Part shown: positions 12,301 through 33,365 of the stretch, in pieces
How the letters are laid out: the number at the start of each line of letters is the position of its first letter
Numbering within the stretch: the stretch's first letter is position 1
NCBI GenBank assembly: GCA_050230475.1
Contig: JBFLGF010000103.1
Coordinates: 1 to 64,000 of the forward strand
From: Ancylonema sp.
Taxonomy: Eukaryota
Direction: 5' to 3'
DNA length: 64,000 nucleotides
Position numbers and translations under genes: made by a program
The notes under the pieces: generated by a model
Seen by the model: only the letters and a program-made list of their open reading frames with translations
Databases searched by the model: none
Told to the model about the DNA's origin: nothing

Positions 12301-14305
12301 ACCTTGTAACATGGACACCATTGTTATTGGCTGTTGGGGGTCTAAATTGGGGGAGTAGCTTAAAATGAAGTAGTCGTATATGTCACGAGGAGCACTAGTT
12401 CACACCGCCACGTGTCCAAGCATTCTGACATGTGCCTACTGGTCCCCAGTACAACATTACAATACACGTTATATCGCGAAAATCAGCATCTTCTGCTCTA
12501 CTACACCAGCTCTTTCGAGCAACCGGCGGCAAACTTCCCATCGAGGCACTCGACAGTATACTGTATGGTACGATATGGACCGAACACTAAGGGGATGGGA
12601 CATGGTTGGCATGGGGTCGGTGATTGGGGTGGAAGTAGGGGTGTGAGTACCCAAAAATAAATTAAAATTGGTGGTGGGGGGGTCGAAATTAATTGAAAAC
12701 GGATGGGGATATAAGTAGGGGGCTTGCATAAATTAATTCGGAAAAAAATATGTGGAAGATTAAATCTTGCCGATATGGTAGCCCCATAGGACGAGTGATT
12801 TATAATTTATAAATAATACATTAAAAAAAAAAAAATGTATATCATATTATATATGATTTATAAATTTATTTATTGATTTATTTCCACCTGATTTATAATT
12901 CTTGGGCCCTGCCTATCCCAAATGTGGGGGGGCCAAATTCCCTCCGCCGTGTGAGATCCGATGCGTCAGGAAAGAGTCATTTTTCTTACGTCAGCGATCT
13001 CCGCGAGTCTGCGCCAACACGTGGTCAGCCATAGGCTGAGAGGAGGGGTGGGCCACCCGCCCACTCGTGGGGGGCCACCCGCATTTGGACATGACTTCAG
13101 ATCGGGTGGGCGGTTGGGGGGTCCAATTGCAGGCGGGAGGGGTCCTATTGCGGGGAGGAAGGGTTCCACCCGCGTTTGGGGCAACGCCCAACCGCAGGTC
13201 GGCGTTGTAACCCAAAAAAATAGCGGTGTCTACAAAATGTGCTTGTAATAAATATTTGTTGTGCATGTTGTCACAATATACAAAAAACACACGTAATAAA
13301 CAATTCTTGTTATCCAAAACATATTGTTCGAGTTCTACCGGAAAATTGATGGCATTAAGGCAAATAGGTGTAGCCCCACCCGCGATTTCCTGGTTGGGGC
13401 CACCTGCCCACCCCCGTCCGATTCGTTACACGTGGGTTGGGCACAACCTTATTGAGAGGCAGCAAACAATTATGCACTAAGATGGCTCTCGTGAGAGCGG
13501 CGGGACAGGTGGACCGACGGACTGTGAGTCTCCAAGCCAAAGCCCCCGTATTTGGTGATTGGGATGAGTTTCCGGCTCGTAGCATTAAGAGCACTTCTTA
13601 GTCATTTCAGGTTCTCCCAAGCACGCAACCATGCTCTTAATGGTGGCGTGCCTAGGATAACCAGAAATCTGATTTATTACCAGACTCTTCATTTTTTTTG
13701 TATTTAAGCCTTAGATAGATAATTTATTGCCCTTGTCAACCCCTATTAACCTTAGAAACCTCTGATAATCGAAAGGGTTATATTCTCTTGAAGGCTTTCT
13801 GTAGCTAGATTTTAAACCTAAGGTTATTAAGGTTCAAACTAAAACTAAGTTGGTTGGTAAAGTTAGTTTCGTTGGCCAGCTTTGGGATTATCTAGGCTGG
13901 AATTACCCATCCGATCCAGCCCCACCGCGATTCCCACGAACTGTGAAGTTGTTCTTGTTCACAGTGCAGGTTCATGTTCATTTTGGGGTTGCGCACTGGA
14001 CCGACCTGTCTTGAGACCAGCACGAGTGTTGTGCACGAGTGGTGCACGACTGCTCAGGATCCTTATCCAGAACAGTCAATCTCGATTTGGATTTGGTCCA
14101 GCTAGGTCGATTAGTTGTCATTGCGCTGTGCCACGGTACCGCACGTGCGATGTCAGACCATCAATACTTTTCGCTGCCCAGACGCGGGAACAGGATTTAA
14201 ACGTTGTGGTCAGCGTACGATTGGGCCTCAAGGAGCTTTGTGTAGTCCAGAGGGCAGCGGAGCGAAAACTTTCTGGCCAGAAATTGGATGGACGGATTCT
14301 CAGCC

Positions 14306-18241
<3,936 letters not shown>

Positions 18242-20134
18242 TAGGAGAGAGGTTACTCTCCATCCTCCACTCCTTCACACGAGCTCAAATGGATGCGGAT
18301 TTCCGCATTTGTGTAAGGGGAGTTGTAGGAGGTTCCTTGGCGCGGATGGCTCATTGTTATGGCGAATATTCAATTATTTGTTAATGGTTTTTGAACATTG
18401 ATGTCGAGTGTCTTAGTGCTCTGCTGAGCAAAGGCACCTAGGTCAGTACAATGTTTCATTTGTTGTTGTATGTTGTGAAAGTTAGAAGGGAGCAAAGACA
18501 ATCATTGTGGATTTGTGACTTTTGTACATGGTTAGGGTTTACCTTTTGGTTAGGAAGTTGGTTGAGTGCAATGTTTACAGTTTCTGGGCTATTACAATCC
18601 TGAAGTAGGTTAAAAGGGAGTTGTGGTCTTGATTGCACTTCGATGGGTTGTGAATACACTCGACAAGTTTGGATCGGAGCCGTATATAGATTGTGAGGGT
18701 GAGCCGACATTTTGTACATTCCAAACACAATATTTGGGGTAGGATGAGGGTCTGGCAATTGTTCGGTGATGCCGAGCATGCCATTATCTAACTTTTGTTT
18801 GCAAAAATTTCATTGGACAATCATTAGATGATGATGCACTGACAATTCCAATCCATTGTATTGATATGAACCATAGTTTGCACCTCTCATGCTGATTGTG
18901 CTGAAGAGAGGACGATGGTCTCAATGAGGCGATATGAGACTAGTTTCTTGATCTCTTGCGGACAAAAATCCTCTAGCTTGTGTTCGTCGGGCAACATTTC
19001 GGACAAGTTTTAGACTTCAATGATTGTTTGCAAGCGTGAGGGAGAGGCCAGGTCATGTCGTCAAAAAATGATGTCATCCTCCGCCGTGATTCTAGATCAG
19101 AAGAGCTTACTTTGCGTTGATGAGCAATGATTCATTGATTGTGAAGTTATGGCTCGGGAAGAATCTTATTTTTTTGAATGATAACATTGAGCATGTGTGG
19201 AATTCGGTAATAAAAGATCTAACAACATCTATCAATTCATTGAGACAGACTTGATACAAGGGTAGAATTGCACAAAATGCAAGTGAATATACTTCCATAT
19301 GTATAGTTGATGTAACAAATAAACAAACTTGTAATGGAGGTGGATTTTATTGGCATAAGCAGAAAAAACGGAGGTAGCCAATCAAAATTATTGCCCTCTT
19401 TTTTAGCACGTTTTGTTTGATCATATAGATGACCAACGGATGAATTGCTACTCAACGAATATGTACAAAGTTCGTTAACAATCACCTGAAATCCCAATCC
19501 TAATCCTTATTTCAAGAATTAACTTAAAAGACGAAAACCAATTTTTCGCGCGTGCGTAGGTATGTTGAATTACTACATCCATGATGTGAATATATTGCTC
19601 TGTTGCAGATTCGCATGGCAAAGAGGCACGGAATACTAATAGTGCAAATATGATGATAATCCCTTAAACTTCGTTGATTTTGGTCAACCACACCCTGCCT
19701 TGCACAGACTCGGAAATTCCCAAATTCACAAAAAAGGAAAGTGAGGCCTATGATTTGTCTCCTCCCAGAATGAGACCCGTTAACAAACGGTTTCCGTGTC
19801 TCATTGAAAAATCGAGGTATGTAAAAGCACACCCATATAGCATACCATGCGATTTTACCACGTTCAACCGACACGCTTGACCAGCATTTCAATTCACACC
19901 ACATACTGATAGAACTTTTGTGGAATGTTGACATGTGGACGTAAAAGTGACCCAAATGTCACCGAATTTGATGAAGAAGCAATCGACACTGCAAATACGA
20001 AGCTTCTAGATCCTTTTGCCGAAATGATCTTGATGATCGATGTGTCTCCTCTCAACAGAGCTAGCAAGTGTGTGCATGCTGCTTGCAATAAACAGCTCGC
20101 TAGATACAAACATGTGCCTCGATCCACAATGTTC

Positions 20135-21685
20135 CTATTTTATGTCCGGCCACACCTTGTAATCAGTTCTTGGATTTGCTGTATCGAATTCAGAATCTTG
20201 GCATGCCAGCAAGTAGGAAGTCTTCGTGTCGACATTCAAGACTGCATGAGCTATATGTGCGGGTGCGACAACTACGGCCACTTCTGAGGCTCCGATTATT
20301 ACTTCTCCATAGCCGTTTGGAAGAGCGAGATTTTCCATCTGTTCAAAGCGACATAGAAGCGACTTAGTCCACTTCGACAAGCTCGCGAGTCTTCTTACTC
20401 CGGTTCTTACTTTGATAAGCTCTCAATTTGGATGGAAGCCACAAACGAATTGTACTCACTCTCAATTGTGTACAAACAATTTCTGAAATATTCAAACCAC
20501 AGCAGTGCGTAGCAAGGACTGTGTGAGTGGCAGTGAAGGACAATTATCGATAGTCTTAGTCTCCATTCCATGTGCTCCTGATAGCAACTGACTGCCAAGC
20601 ACTCCCACACTTCACTTCGAGTGTCAGTATTGAAATGGATGGATTGAAGTTGGCGACTAGTCCTTGCCATATGATTCCTCTATATATTCAATCACTAGGG
20701 TTCAAATCCAACCTGTGGCTGATACCTTCGCCTTCAACTTGTTTCTCAGCACACACACCGTATTCTTCGAGTCTTTCGTTTGTGTCGACTTACCTCTCAT
20801 GACATTTATCTTTCCAGATTGAGGGCCAGATTCAGTGCAACGGGAGCATACTTACCCTGAGCTTCTGCTTTGCTCCCCAGATGATGAAGGTCTCATTGCA
20901 GTGATGGTGACGATGATTGCCTCTCATCTGACCTCTCAGAATCTCACCCAGATGGACCTCCACACAGCTGAGCGAGCCTCCTGTGAGTCGACCAATAGAC
21001 CAATGACAGCTCACCAACAAAATCAGAAACTTTAAAACCAAATCGGACTTGAAAAAGTCAGTGTGAACGAGTTTCAGACGAGTGTTGAAACGAATACCTT
21101 TACTGTAATCAGCGACCTGACGTGGCATGCATTGCTGGCAGAGAGAATTGCTGTCGAGGATAAATGTGAGAGAAGTAGAGAGAGAATTCGCCAGCTGAGG
21201 CATTCTTCATGCATCTTTGATCTGGATCGTTGAATGACAACAGACCGAGTCGAATAGAGAGTCCCAACTGCGGGCCTGCAAAGTAATATAGGAATGTGAT
21301 CATTGGGGCATGCTATGGCACCTTGTAAACCAGCAATGGCTGCCGTTTGTATTGGATTCAACATCCACCCGCGGTTTCCTTGCCGAGCGTCGATCTGATT
21401 ACTCGTTAAATTTAAGCGGACAAGATTGACATGCTGATCAATGGCGCGGGTAGCTTCTACTCCCCGATCGACTTGGGCGCCGCTTGCATGGCTTAGGGAG
21501 AGGGCCACGTAGGCACTACCGAAAGCTACTAGGAGGATCACTGCTGCATAGGATATGACGGATTGTGCGAGTTTCGAGTCGCTTATGGCGGCACCACAGA
21601 TTGTCCAGATTCGCTCCTTTCTTTGCACGGATACAGAGAAGGTGGATGCGCGCGCACTCTTTCTCGGACTACTAGACATTTCCAT
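20135..21685 (-). CDS. Membrane-anchored RmlC-like cupin protein, copy 1; exons 21685-21322, 20980-20856, 20338-20135
   Basis: An N-terminal hydrophobic segment, then RGWMLNP, GGSLSCVEVHLGEI, RGNHRHHHCNETFIIWGA, AHAVLN, ACQD and YKVW. GT-AG junctions are in frame; TAG stop. Confidence 0.8.
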
Positions 21686-22462
21686 TAGAATCTGAATGAA
21701 TGACAGGGGAGCTTTTTCACCATACACTTCGTGTCATCTAAAAAACATATCTCGTCTCGGAATAAAAATATTTAATAGCGTGTCTGACCCCTTATCTTGT
21801 GTCGCTGAAAATGATTTTCCCGATGTTACGGTATAAACACTGGTATAATTTCGAGCTGATATCTTACCCTCGCAGTGCCCCTCTGCCTCTGCCTGCCGTG
21901 GAGACTCCACTGATAATTTTGATTCGTCACTGCGGAGTGACAGGGTCTGCCCAGTGCGGTACCAGAGTCTGGAGTGCGGGCGCACTCAATGCACTTTTTC
22001 GTGAAAAGTGCGGCAGAATTGCGTACCGGTATGCAAGATTCAACGATCATTTTATTCATTTTATTTTATACATACAACGAGAACACTTGAACCTTGAGTT
22101 TTGTCTGGTACGATGATTCCGATAGCGTAATATTGCCGGGTTTTTTTCGGGGTTTTAATAAACAGGTTCAGAATTATCCGTTTCACTTGTGGGTGACCTC
22201 CCTATCGCACGGTTTTGGTTCGATTCCTCGACGTTGTGTATTACGAATTGTGTATTATTATACGTACGATCGGCTCACATATTTGTCGTTTCTGGGACAT
22301 GTAGTTTCTATACAGGCACGTTACTGGAATGAGATGGGTTCCCGTCGACATTCAATGACATGGACATTATTCCCTTGAACCCAAACTTCAAACATGAGAG
22401 GAGCGACGCTGACGACATATACCGATAATACCGTCTAACGAGTAACGTCTGTTGTCGCAGGA

Positions 22463-22483
22463 GCACTGGGCACTGGGCACTGG

Positions 22484-22530
<47 letters not shown>

Positions 22531-22560
22531 CAGCACTCAGCACTAAGCACTAAGCACTAG
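22463..22560. repeat. Heptamer tandem repeat GCACTNN x14
   Basis: GCACTGG x3, GCACTGA x6, GCACTCA x2, GCACTAA x2, GCACTAG. Confidence 0.95.
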
Positions 22561-22761
22561 GCGGAGACCCTTGTAAATTATAGAAGAGAGGATTACCTAG
22601 ACGTCTTCTGTGAGTCGCACTGACACTGCCAGTCACTTCCACCCCCCCGCGGGGTGCGGAGTTTGATTGAACCCAATGTGTCGTCGCTGATTCTCGTATA
22701 CCTGAACAACCATCATGCCTCAGTCTTGTTCCAGTTTTGAAGTTCTCGTCGCTTCGCATTA

Positions 22762-22920
22762 TTGATTGAGCCAGCATCGCGAAAGGGGGGGAATAGAGAT
22801 TCCACCTGTACCCATTGCAGCCGAAGCTTTCTGAGCTCACACACGAGAAGAACCGCTCACCTACTCGCTCAGAAAGGGAAAGGAGTGGCTATGTGCAAGG
22901 CCATACCTCCAAAAAAAATA
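22762..22920 (+). mobile_element. BED zinc-finger fragment of a hAT-like transposase
   Basis: KGGNRDSTCTHCSRSFLSSHTRRTAHLLAQKGKGVAMCKAIP fits the CxxC...H...C BED pattern of plant hAT elements. Truncated, with no catalytic domain. Confidence 0.6.
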
Positions 22921-23074
22921 AAAAGTGTTATCGGTTTCGGAGTGTGAGAGGATCTTTGGATGGAGACTAGTTTTAATGTGATGTTATTTTTTTCTTCTCT
23001 TTTCTTGTAATAAATCCAATACACCTCCCTTATTGTTGCAAATACAACTTCAAAACAATATTATTTTAGTGCAG

Positions 23075-23506
23075 ATGGCTGCTTCGCCAGTCTTGAAAGC
23101 TATGTTCACAGCCGACATGGAGGAAACACGAACAAGCTGCGTCGAAATGAAAGAGTTCTCACACTCAGCGGTGGAGCAATTTCTTGAGTACGTGTACACT
23201 GGACAAATGCGTTCGGATGCTTGCAAAACTCTTTGTGTCGCCCACTTGTGGGCGATGGGGGACAAGTACCTTGTGCCTGGATTGGTGGAGTGCGTGGAGG
23301 ACTCGCACAAAAGTCACATCACTTTGGAAAATGTTATGGATGTCTTCATTGATGCCGACATACTCGAGGCCAAGGTTGTGAGGGACTCGTGTCTTGCCCT
23401 TATTAGCAAGAATACGAAATTGTTGAGGGAGAAAGTTGAGGAACTTCCCAACGCAGTTGCAGCAAAAATGTTTCGACTTTGGGTAGACAGTGAGGTGAAC
23501 CTGTGA
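23075..23506 (+). pseudogene. Isolated, inverted, diverged copy of the terminal BTB exon of the MATH-BTB gene (ORF intact, 143 aa)
   Basis: MAASPVLKAMF...RLWVDSEVNL is a paralogue of 8040-7609. Flanking homology spans only ~22930-23770. No MATH exons lie upstream. Confidence 0.75.
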
Positions 23507-25010
23507 TATTTTGATTGAATATCAAGTGAAAATGAACTTGATGAGGACTTTAGGAGTGTGTAAAATGTAAAGTTTTGGGTACCCTTTCCTCTATCATTTC
23601 GTTCAATCGTTCAAAAATGTTGTATCGTTACTTGATTGCAATGTAAATGAATCGTGTTCCTAATGTCTTGCCATTTAGCATCATCTACTCCCACTCGTGT
23701 AATGCTACCTCACTAACGAAAATATTGACATGTGTCTCCCCAAACGTGTGACCACACCTAATGATAAGCCCGCTGCCTATCCCAAATGTGGGGGGGCCAA
23801 ATTCCCTCCGCCGTGTGAGATCCGATGCGTCAGGAAAGAGTCATTTTTCTTACGTCAGCGATCTCCGCGAGTCTGCGCCAACACGTGGTCAGCCATAGGC
23901 TGAGAGGAGGGGTGGGCCACCCGCCCACTCGTGGGGGGCCACCCGCATTTGGACATGACTTCAGATCGGGTGGGCGGTTGGGGGGTCCAATTGCAGGCGG
24001 GAGGGGTCCTATTGCGGGGAGGAAGGGTTCCACCCGCGTTTGGGGCAACGCCCAACCGCAGGTCGGCGTTGTAACCCAAAAAAATAGCGGTGTCTACAAA
24101 ATGTGCTTGTAATAAATATTTGTTGTGCATGTTGTCACAATATACAAAAAACACACGTAATAAACAATTCTTGTTATCCAAAACATATTGTTCGAGTTCT
24201 ACCGGAAAATTGATGGCATTAAGGCAAATAGGTGTAGCCCCACCCGCGATTTCCTGGTTGGGGCCACCTGCCCACCCCCGTCCGATTCGTTACACGTGGG
24301 TTGGGCACAACCTTATTGAGAGGCAGCAAACAATTATGCACTAAGATGGCTCTCGTGAGAGCTAACCAGAAATCTGATTTATTACCAGACTCTTCATTTT
24401 TTTTGTATTTAAGCCTTAGATAGATAATTTATTGCCCTTGTCAACCCCTATTAACCTTAGAAACCTCTGATAATCGAAAGGGTTATATTCTCTTGAAGGC
24501 TTTCTGTAGCTAGATTTTAAACCTAAGGTTATTAAGGTTCAAACTAAAACTAAGTTGGTTGGTAAAGTTAGTTTCGTTGGCCAGCTTTGGGATTATCTAG
24601 GCTGGAATTACCCATCCGATCCAGCCCCACCGCGATTCCCACGAACTGTGAAGTTGTTCTTGTTCACAGTGCAGGTTCATGTTCATTTTGGGGTTGCGCA
24701 CTGGACCGACCTGTCTTGAGACCAGCACGAGTGTTGTGCACGAGTGGTGCACGACTGCTCAGGATCCTTATCCAGAACAGTCAATCTCGATTTGGATTTG
24801 GTCCAGCTAGGTCGATTAGTTGTCATTGCGCTGTGCCACGGTACCGCACGTGCGATGTCAGACCATCAATACTTTTCGCTGCCCAGACGCGGGAACAGGA
24901 TTTAAACGTTGTGGTCAGCGTACGATTGGGCCTCAAGGAGCTTTGTGTAGTCCAGAGGGCAGCGGAGCGAAAACTTTCTGGCCAGAAATTGGATGGACGG
25001 ATTCTCAGCC

Positions 25011-28946
<3,936 letters not shown>

Positions 28947-30839
28947 TAGGAGAGAGGTTACTCTCCATCCTCCACTCCTTCACACGAGCTCAAATGGATG
29001 CGGATTTCCGCATTTGTGTAAGGGGAGTTGTAGGAGGTTCCTTGGCGCGGATGGCTCATTGTTATGGCGAATATTCAATTATTTGTTAATGGTTTTTGAA
29101 CATTGATGTCGAGTGTCTTAGTGCTCTGCTGAGCAAAGGCACCTAGGTCAGTACAATGTTTCATTTGTTGTTGTATGTTGTGAAAGTTAGAAGGGAGCAA
29201 AGACAATCATTGTGGATTTGTGACTTTTGTACATGGTTAGGGTTTACCTTTTGGTTAGGAAGTTGGTTGAGTGCAATGTTTACAGTTTCTGGGCTATTAC
29301 AATCCTGAAGTAGGTTAAAAGGGAGTTGTGGTCTTGATTGCACTTCGATGGGTTGTGAATACACTCGACAAGTTTGGATCGGAGCCGTATATAGATTGTG
29401 AGGGTGAGCCGACATTTTGTACATTCCAAACACAATATTTGGGGTAGGATGAGGGTCTGGCAATTGTTCGGTGATGCCGAGCATGCCATTATCTAACTTT
29501 TGTTTGCAAAAATTTCATTGGACAATCATTAGATGATGATGCACTGACAATTCCAATCCATTGTATTGATATGAACCATAGTTTGCACCTCTCATGCTGA
29601 TTGTGCTGAAGAGAGGACGATGGTCTCAATGAGGCGATATGAGACTAGTTTCTTGATCTCTTGCGGACAAAAATCCTCTAGCTTGTGTTCGTCGGGCAAC
29701 ATTTCGGACAAGTTTTAGACTTCAATGATTGTTTGCAAGCGTGAGGGAGAGGCCAGGTCATGTCGTCAAAAAATGATGTCATCCTCCGCCGTGATTCTAG
29801 ATCAGAAGAGCTTACTTTGCGTTGATGAGCAATGATTCATTGATTGTGAAGTTATGGCTCGGGAAGAATCTTATTTTTTTGAATGATAACATTGAGCATG
29901 TGTGGAATTCGGTAATAAAAGATCTAACAACATCTATCAATTCATTGAGACAGACTTGATACAAGGGTAGAATTGCACAAAATGCAAGTGAATATACTTC
30001 CATATGTATAGTTGATGTAACAAATAAACAAACTTGTAATGGAGGTGGATTTTATTGGCATAAGCAGAAAAAACGGAGGTAGCCAATCAAAATTATTGCC
30101 CTCTTTTTTAGCACGTTTTGTTTGATCATATAGATGACCAACGGATGAATTGCTACTCAACGAATATGTACAAAGTTCGTTAACAATCACCTGAAATCCC
30201 AATCCTAATCCTTATTTCAAGAATTAACTTAAAAGACGAAAACCAATTTTTCGCGCGTGCGTAGGTATGTTGAATTACTACATCCATGATGTGAATATAT
30301 TGCTCTGTTGCAGATTCGCATGGCAAAGAGGCACGGAATACTAATAGTGCAAATATGATGATAATCCCTTAAACTTCGTTGATTTTGGTCAACCACACCC
30401 TGCCTTGCACAGACTCGGAAATTCCCAAATTCACAAAAAAGGAAAGTGAGGCCTATGATTTGTCTCCTCCCAGAATGAGACCCGTTAACAAACGGTTTCC
30501 GTGTCTCATTGAAAAATCGAGGTATGTAAAAGCACACCCATATAGCATACCATGCGATTTTACCACGTTCAACCGACACGCTTGACCAGCATTTCAATTC
30601 ACACCACATACTGATAGAACTTTTGTGGAATGTTGACATGTGGACGTAAAAGTGACCCAAATGTCACCGAATTTGATGAAGAAGCAATCGACACTGCAAA
30701 TACGAAGCTTCTAGATCCTTTTGCCGAAATGATCTTGATGATCGATGTGTCTCCTCTCAACAGAGCTAGCAAGTGTGTGCATGCTGCTTGCAATAAACAG
30801 CTCGCTAGATACAAACATGTGCCTCGATCCACAATGTTC

Positions 30840-32399
30840 CTATTTTATGTCCGGCCACACCTTGTAATCAGTTCTTGGATTTGCTGTATCGAATTCAGAA
30901 TCTTGGCATGCCAGCAAGTAGGAAGTCTTCGTGTCGACATTCAAGACTGCATGAGCTATATGTGCGGGTGCGACAACTACGGCCACTTCTGAGGCTCCGA
31001 TTATTACTTCTCCATAGCCGTTTGGAAGAGCGAGATTTTCCATCTGTTCAAAGCGACATAGAAGCGACTTAGTCCACTTCGACAAGCTCGCGAGTCTTCT
31101 TACTCCGGTTCTTACTTTGATAAGCTCTCAATTTGGATGGAAGCCACAAACGAATTGTACTCACTCTCAATTGTGTACAAACAATTTCTGAAATATTCAA
31201 ACCACAGCAGTGCGTAGCAAGGACTGTGTGAGTGGCAGTGAAGGACAATTATCGATAGTCTTAGTCTCCATTCCATGTGCTCCTGATAGCAACTGACTGC
31301 CAAGCACTCCCACACTTCACTTCGAGTGTCAGTATTGAAATGGATGGATTGAAGTTGGCGACTAGTCCTTGCCATATGATTCCTCTATATATTCAATCAC
31401 TAGGGTTCAAATCCAACCTGTGGCTGATACCTTCGCCTTCAACTTGTTTCTCAGCACACACACCGTATTCTTCGAGTCTTTCGTTTGTGTCGACTTACCT
31501 CTCATGACATTTATCTTTCCAGATTGAGGGCCAGATTCAGTGCAACGGGAGCATACTTACCCTGAGCTTCTGCTTTGCTCCCCAGATGATGAAGGTCTCA
31601 TTGCAGTGATGGTGACGATGATTGCCTCTCATCTGACCTCTTAGAATCTCACCGAGATGGACCTCCACACAGCTGAGAGAGCCTCCTGTGAATCGACCGA
31701 TGACAGCTTATCAACAAAATCAGAAACTTAAAAACCAAATCGGACTTGTAAGTCAATGTGAACGAGTTTTGAACGAGTGTTAAAACGAATACCTTTATTG
31801 TAATCAGCGACCTGATGTGGTATGCATTGCTGGCAGAGAGAATTGCTGTGGTGTAGAAATGTGAGAGAAGTAGAGAGAGAATCCGCCAGCTGATGCATTC
31901 TACATATGATACATTCTTTGATGTGGATCATCAAATGACATCATACCATGTCTCCATCCTGAGTCGAATAGAGAGTCCCAACTGCGGGCCTGCAAAGTAT
32001 TATAGGAATTAGATCATTGGAGCATGCTATGGCACCTTGTAAACCAGCAATGGCTGCCGTTTGTATTGGATTCAACATCCACCCGCGGTTTCCTTGCCGA
32101 GCGTCGATCTGATTACTCGTTAAATTTAAGCGGACAAGATTGACATGCTGATCAATGGCGCGGGTAGCTTCTACTCCCCGATCGACTTGGGCGCCGCTTG
32201 CATGGCTTAGGGAGAGGGCCACGTAGGCACTACCGAAAGCTACTAGGAGGATCACTGCTGCATAGGATATGACGGATTGTGCGAGTTTCGAGTCGCTTAT
32301 GGCGGCACCACAGATTGTCCAGATTCGCTCCTTTCTTTGCACGGATACAGAGAAGGTGGATGCGCGCGCACTCTTTCTCGGACTACTAGACATTTCCAT
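30840..32399 (-). CDS. RmlC-like cupin copy 2; exons 32399-32036, 31685-31561, 31043-30840
   Basis: Same protein as copy 1, with three synonymous changes in exon 2 and a diverged intron 1. Confidence 0.8.
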
Positions 32400-33365
32400 T
32401 AGAATCTGAATGAATGACAGGGGAGCTTTTTCACCATACACTTCGTGTCATCTAAAAAACATATCTCGTCTCGGAATTAAAACATTTAACAGCGTGTCTG
32501 ACCCCTTGTCTTGTGTCACTTCAAATGATTTTCCCGATGACGGATACATGATACGGTATAAACAGTGCCCCTCTGTCTCTGCCTGACGAGACTCCGTCGT
32601 TGTGATAATCTTTTTTTTTTCGTCACTGCGGAGTTTTAGGGTCTGCCCAGTGCGGTACCAGAGTCTGAGGTGCGGGCGCACGCAATGCACTTTTTCGCAT
32701 AAAGTGCATAAAGTGCATAAAGTGCGGCAGAAATGCGTACCGGTATGCAAGATACAACGATTGTTTTATACATACAACGAGAACACCTGAACCTGAACCT
32801 TCTGTCTAGTACAGTAAATACTCGTTACAGGCACACTCGTTATAGGCATAATAACGTTACAGGCACTAAAATCGCGTGTACCAACTTTCCCCCGCCAAAA
32901 CGTCTTCATTATAGGCACTAGCACACTACGTTACAGGCACACCAAAAAGCCATTTTGTGCTTGTAACGAATTGTGACGTCATATAATATGTTGACGTTAC
33001 AGGCTATCGGGGGGAAATAAATGTTTCAAACGGAGGTTTTGGTCCTTTTTCGGCGCATAGCATCTTCTCCACATTGAAACATGGGGTTGCTTCCTTTCCT
33101 AGTTTGGGTCTGCACCTGTACCTAGAATTAGACAAAAGACTCGAGTACAATTAACTCACACGGAGGAGAAGAGAATCTGCGAGGTACAAATCAACAATCC
33201 ACACTGGACACAAGAAAAGATAAGTCAATTTGTCAGCAAGGAGTTCGGCAAAGCGATCGGGAGAGCACTTATTAGCAAGATTTTGAAGGAGGGCAAGAAA
33301 TGGACTTCCTTTTCTGAAGAAATAGGTGAAAGATAGTGGCATGCATTCGAATTTTGTCCGACAGC

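Noticed and set aside
13720..13860. Telomere-like AAACCT/AACCCCTA words
   Set aside because: Scattered and degenerate; no tandem telomeric array.
18430..19950. Possible gene between beta-amylase and cupin (also 6600-7200)
   Set aside because: Short ORFs with frequent stops, no recognisable motif and no consistent exon chain.
22558..23779. Pack-type hAT element TAGGC...GCCTA carrying the BTB exon
   Set aside because: Only about 5 bp of inverted match and no 8-bp TSD (CTAAGCAC vs TCCCAAAT).
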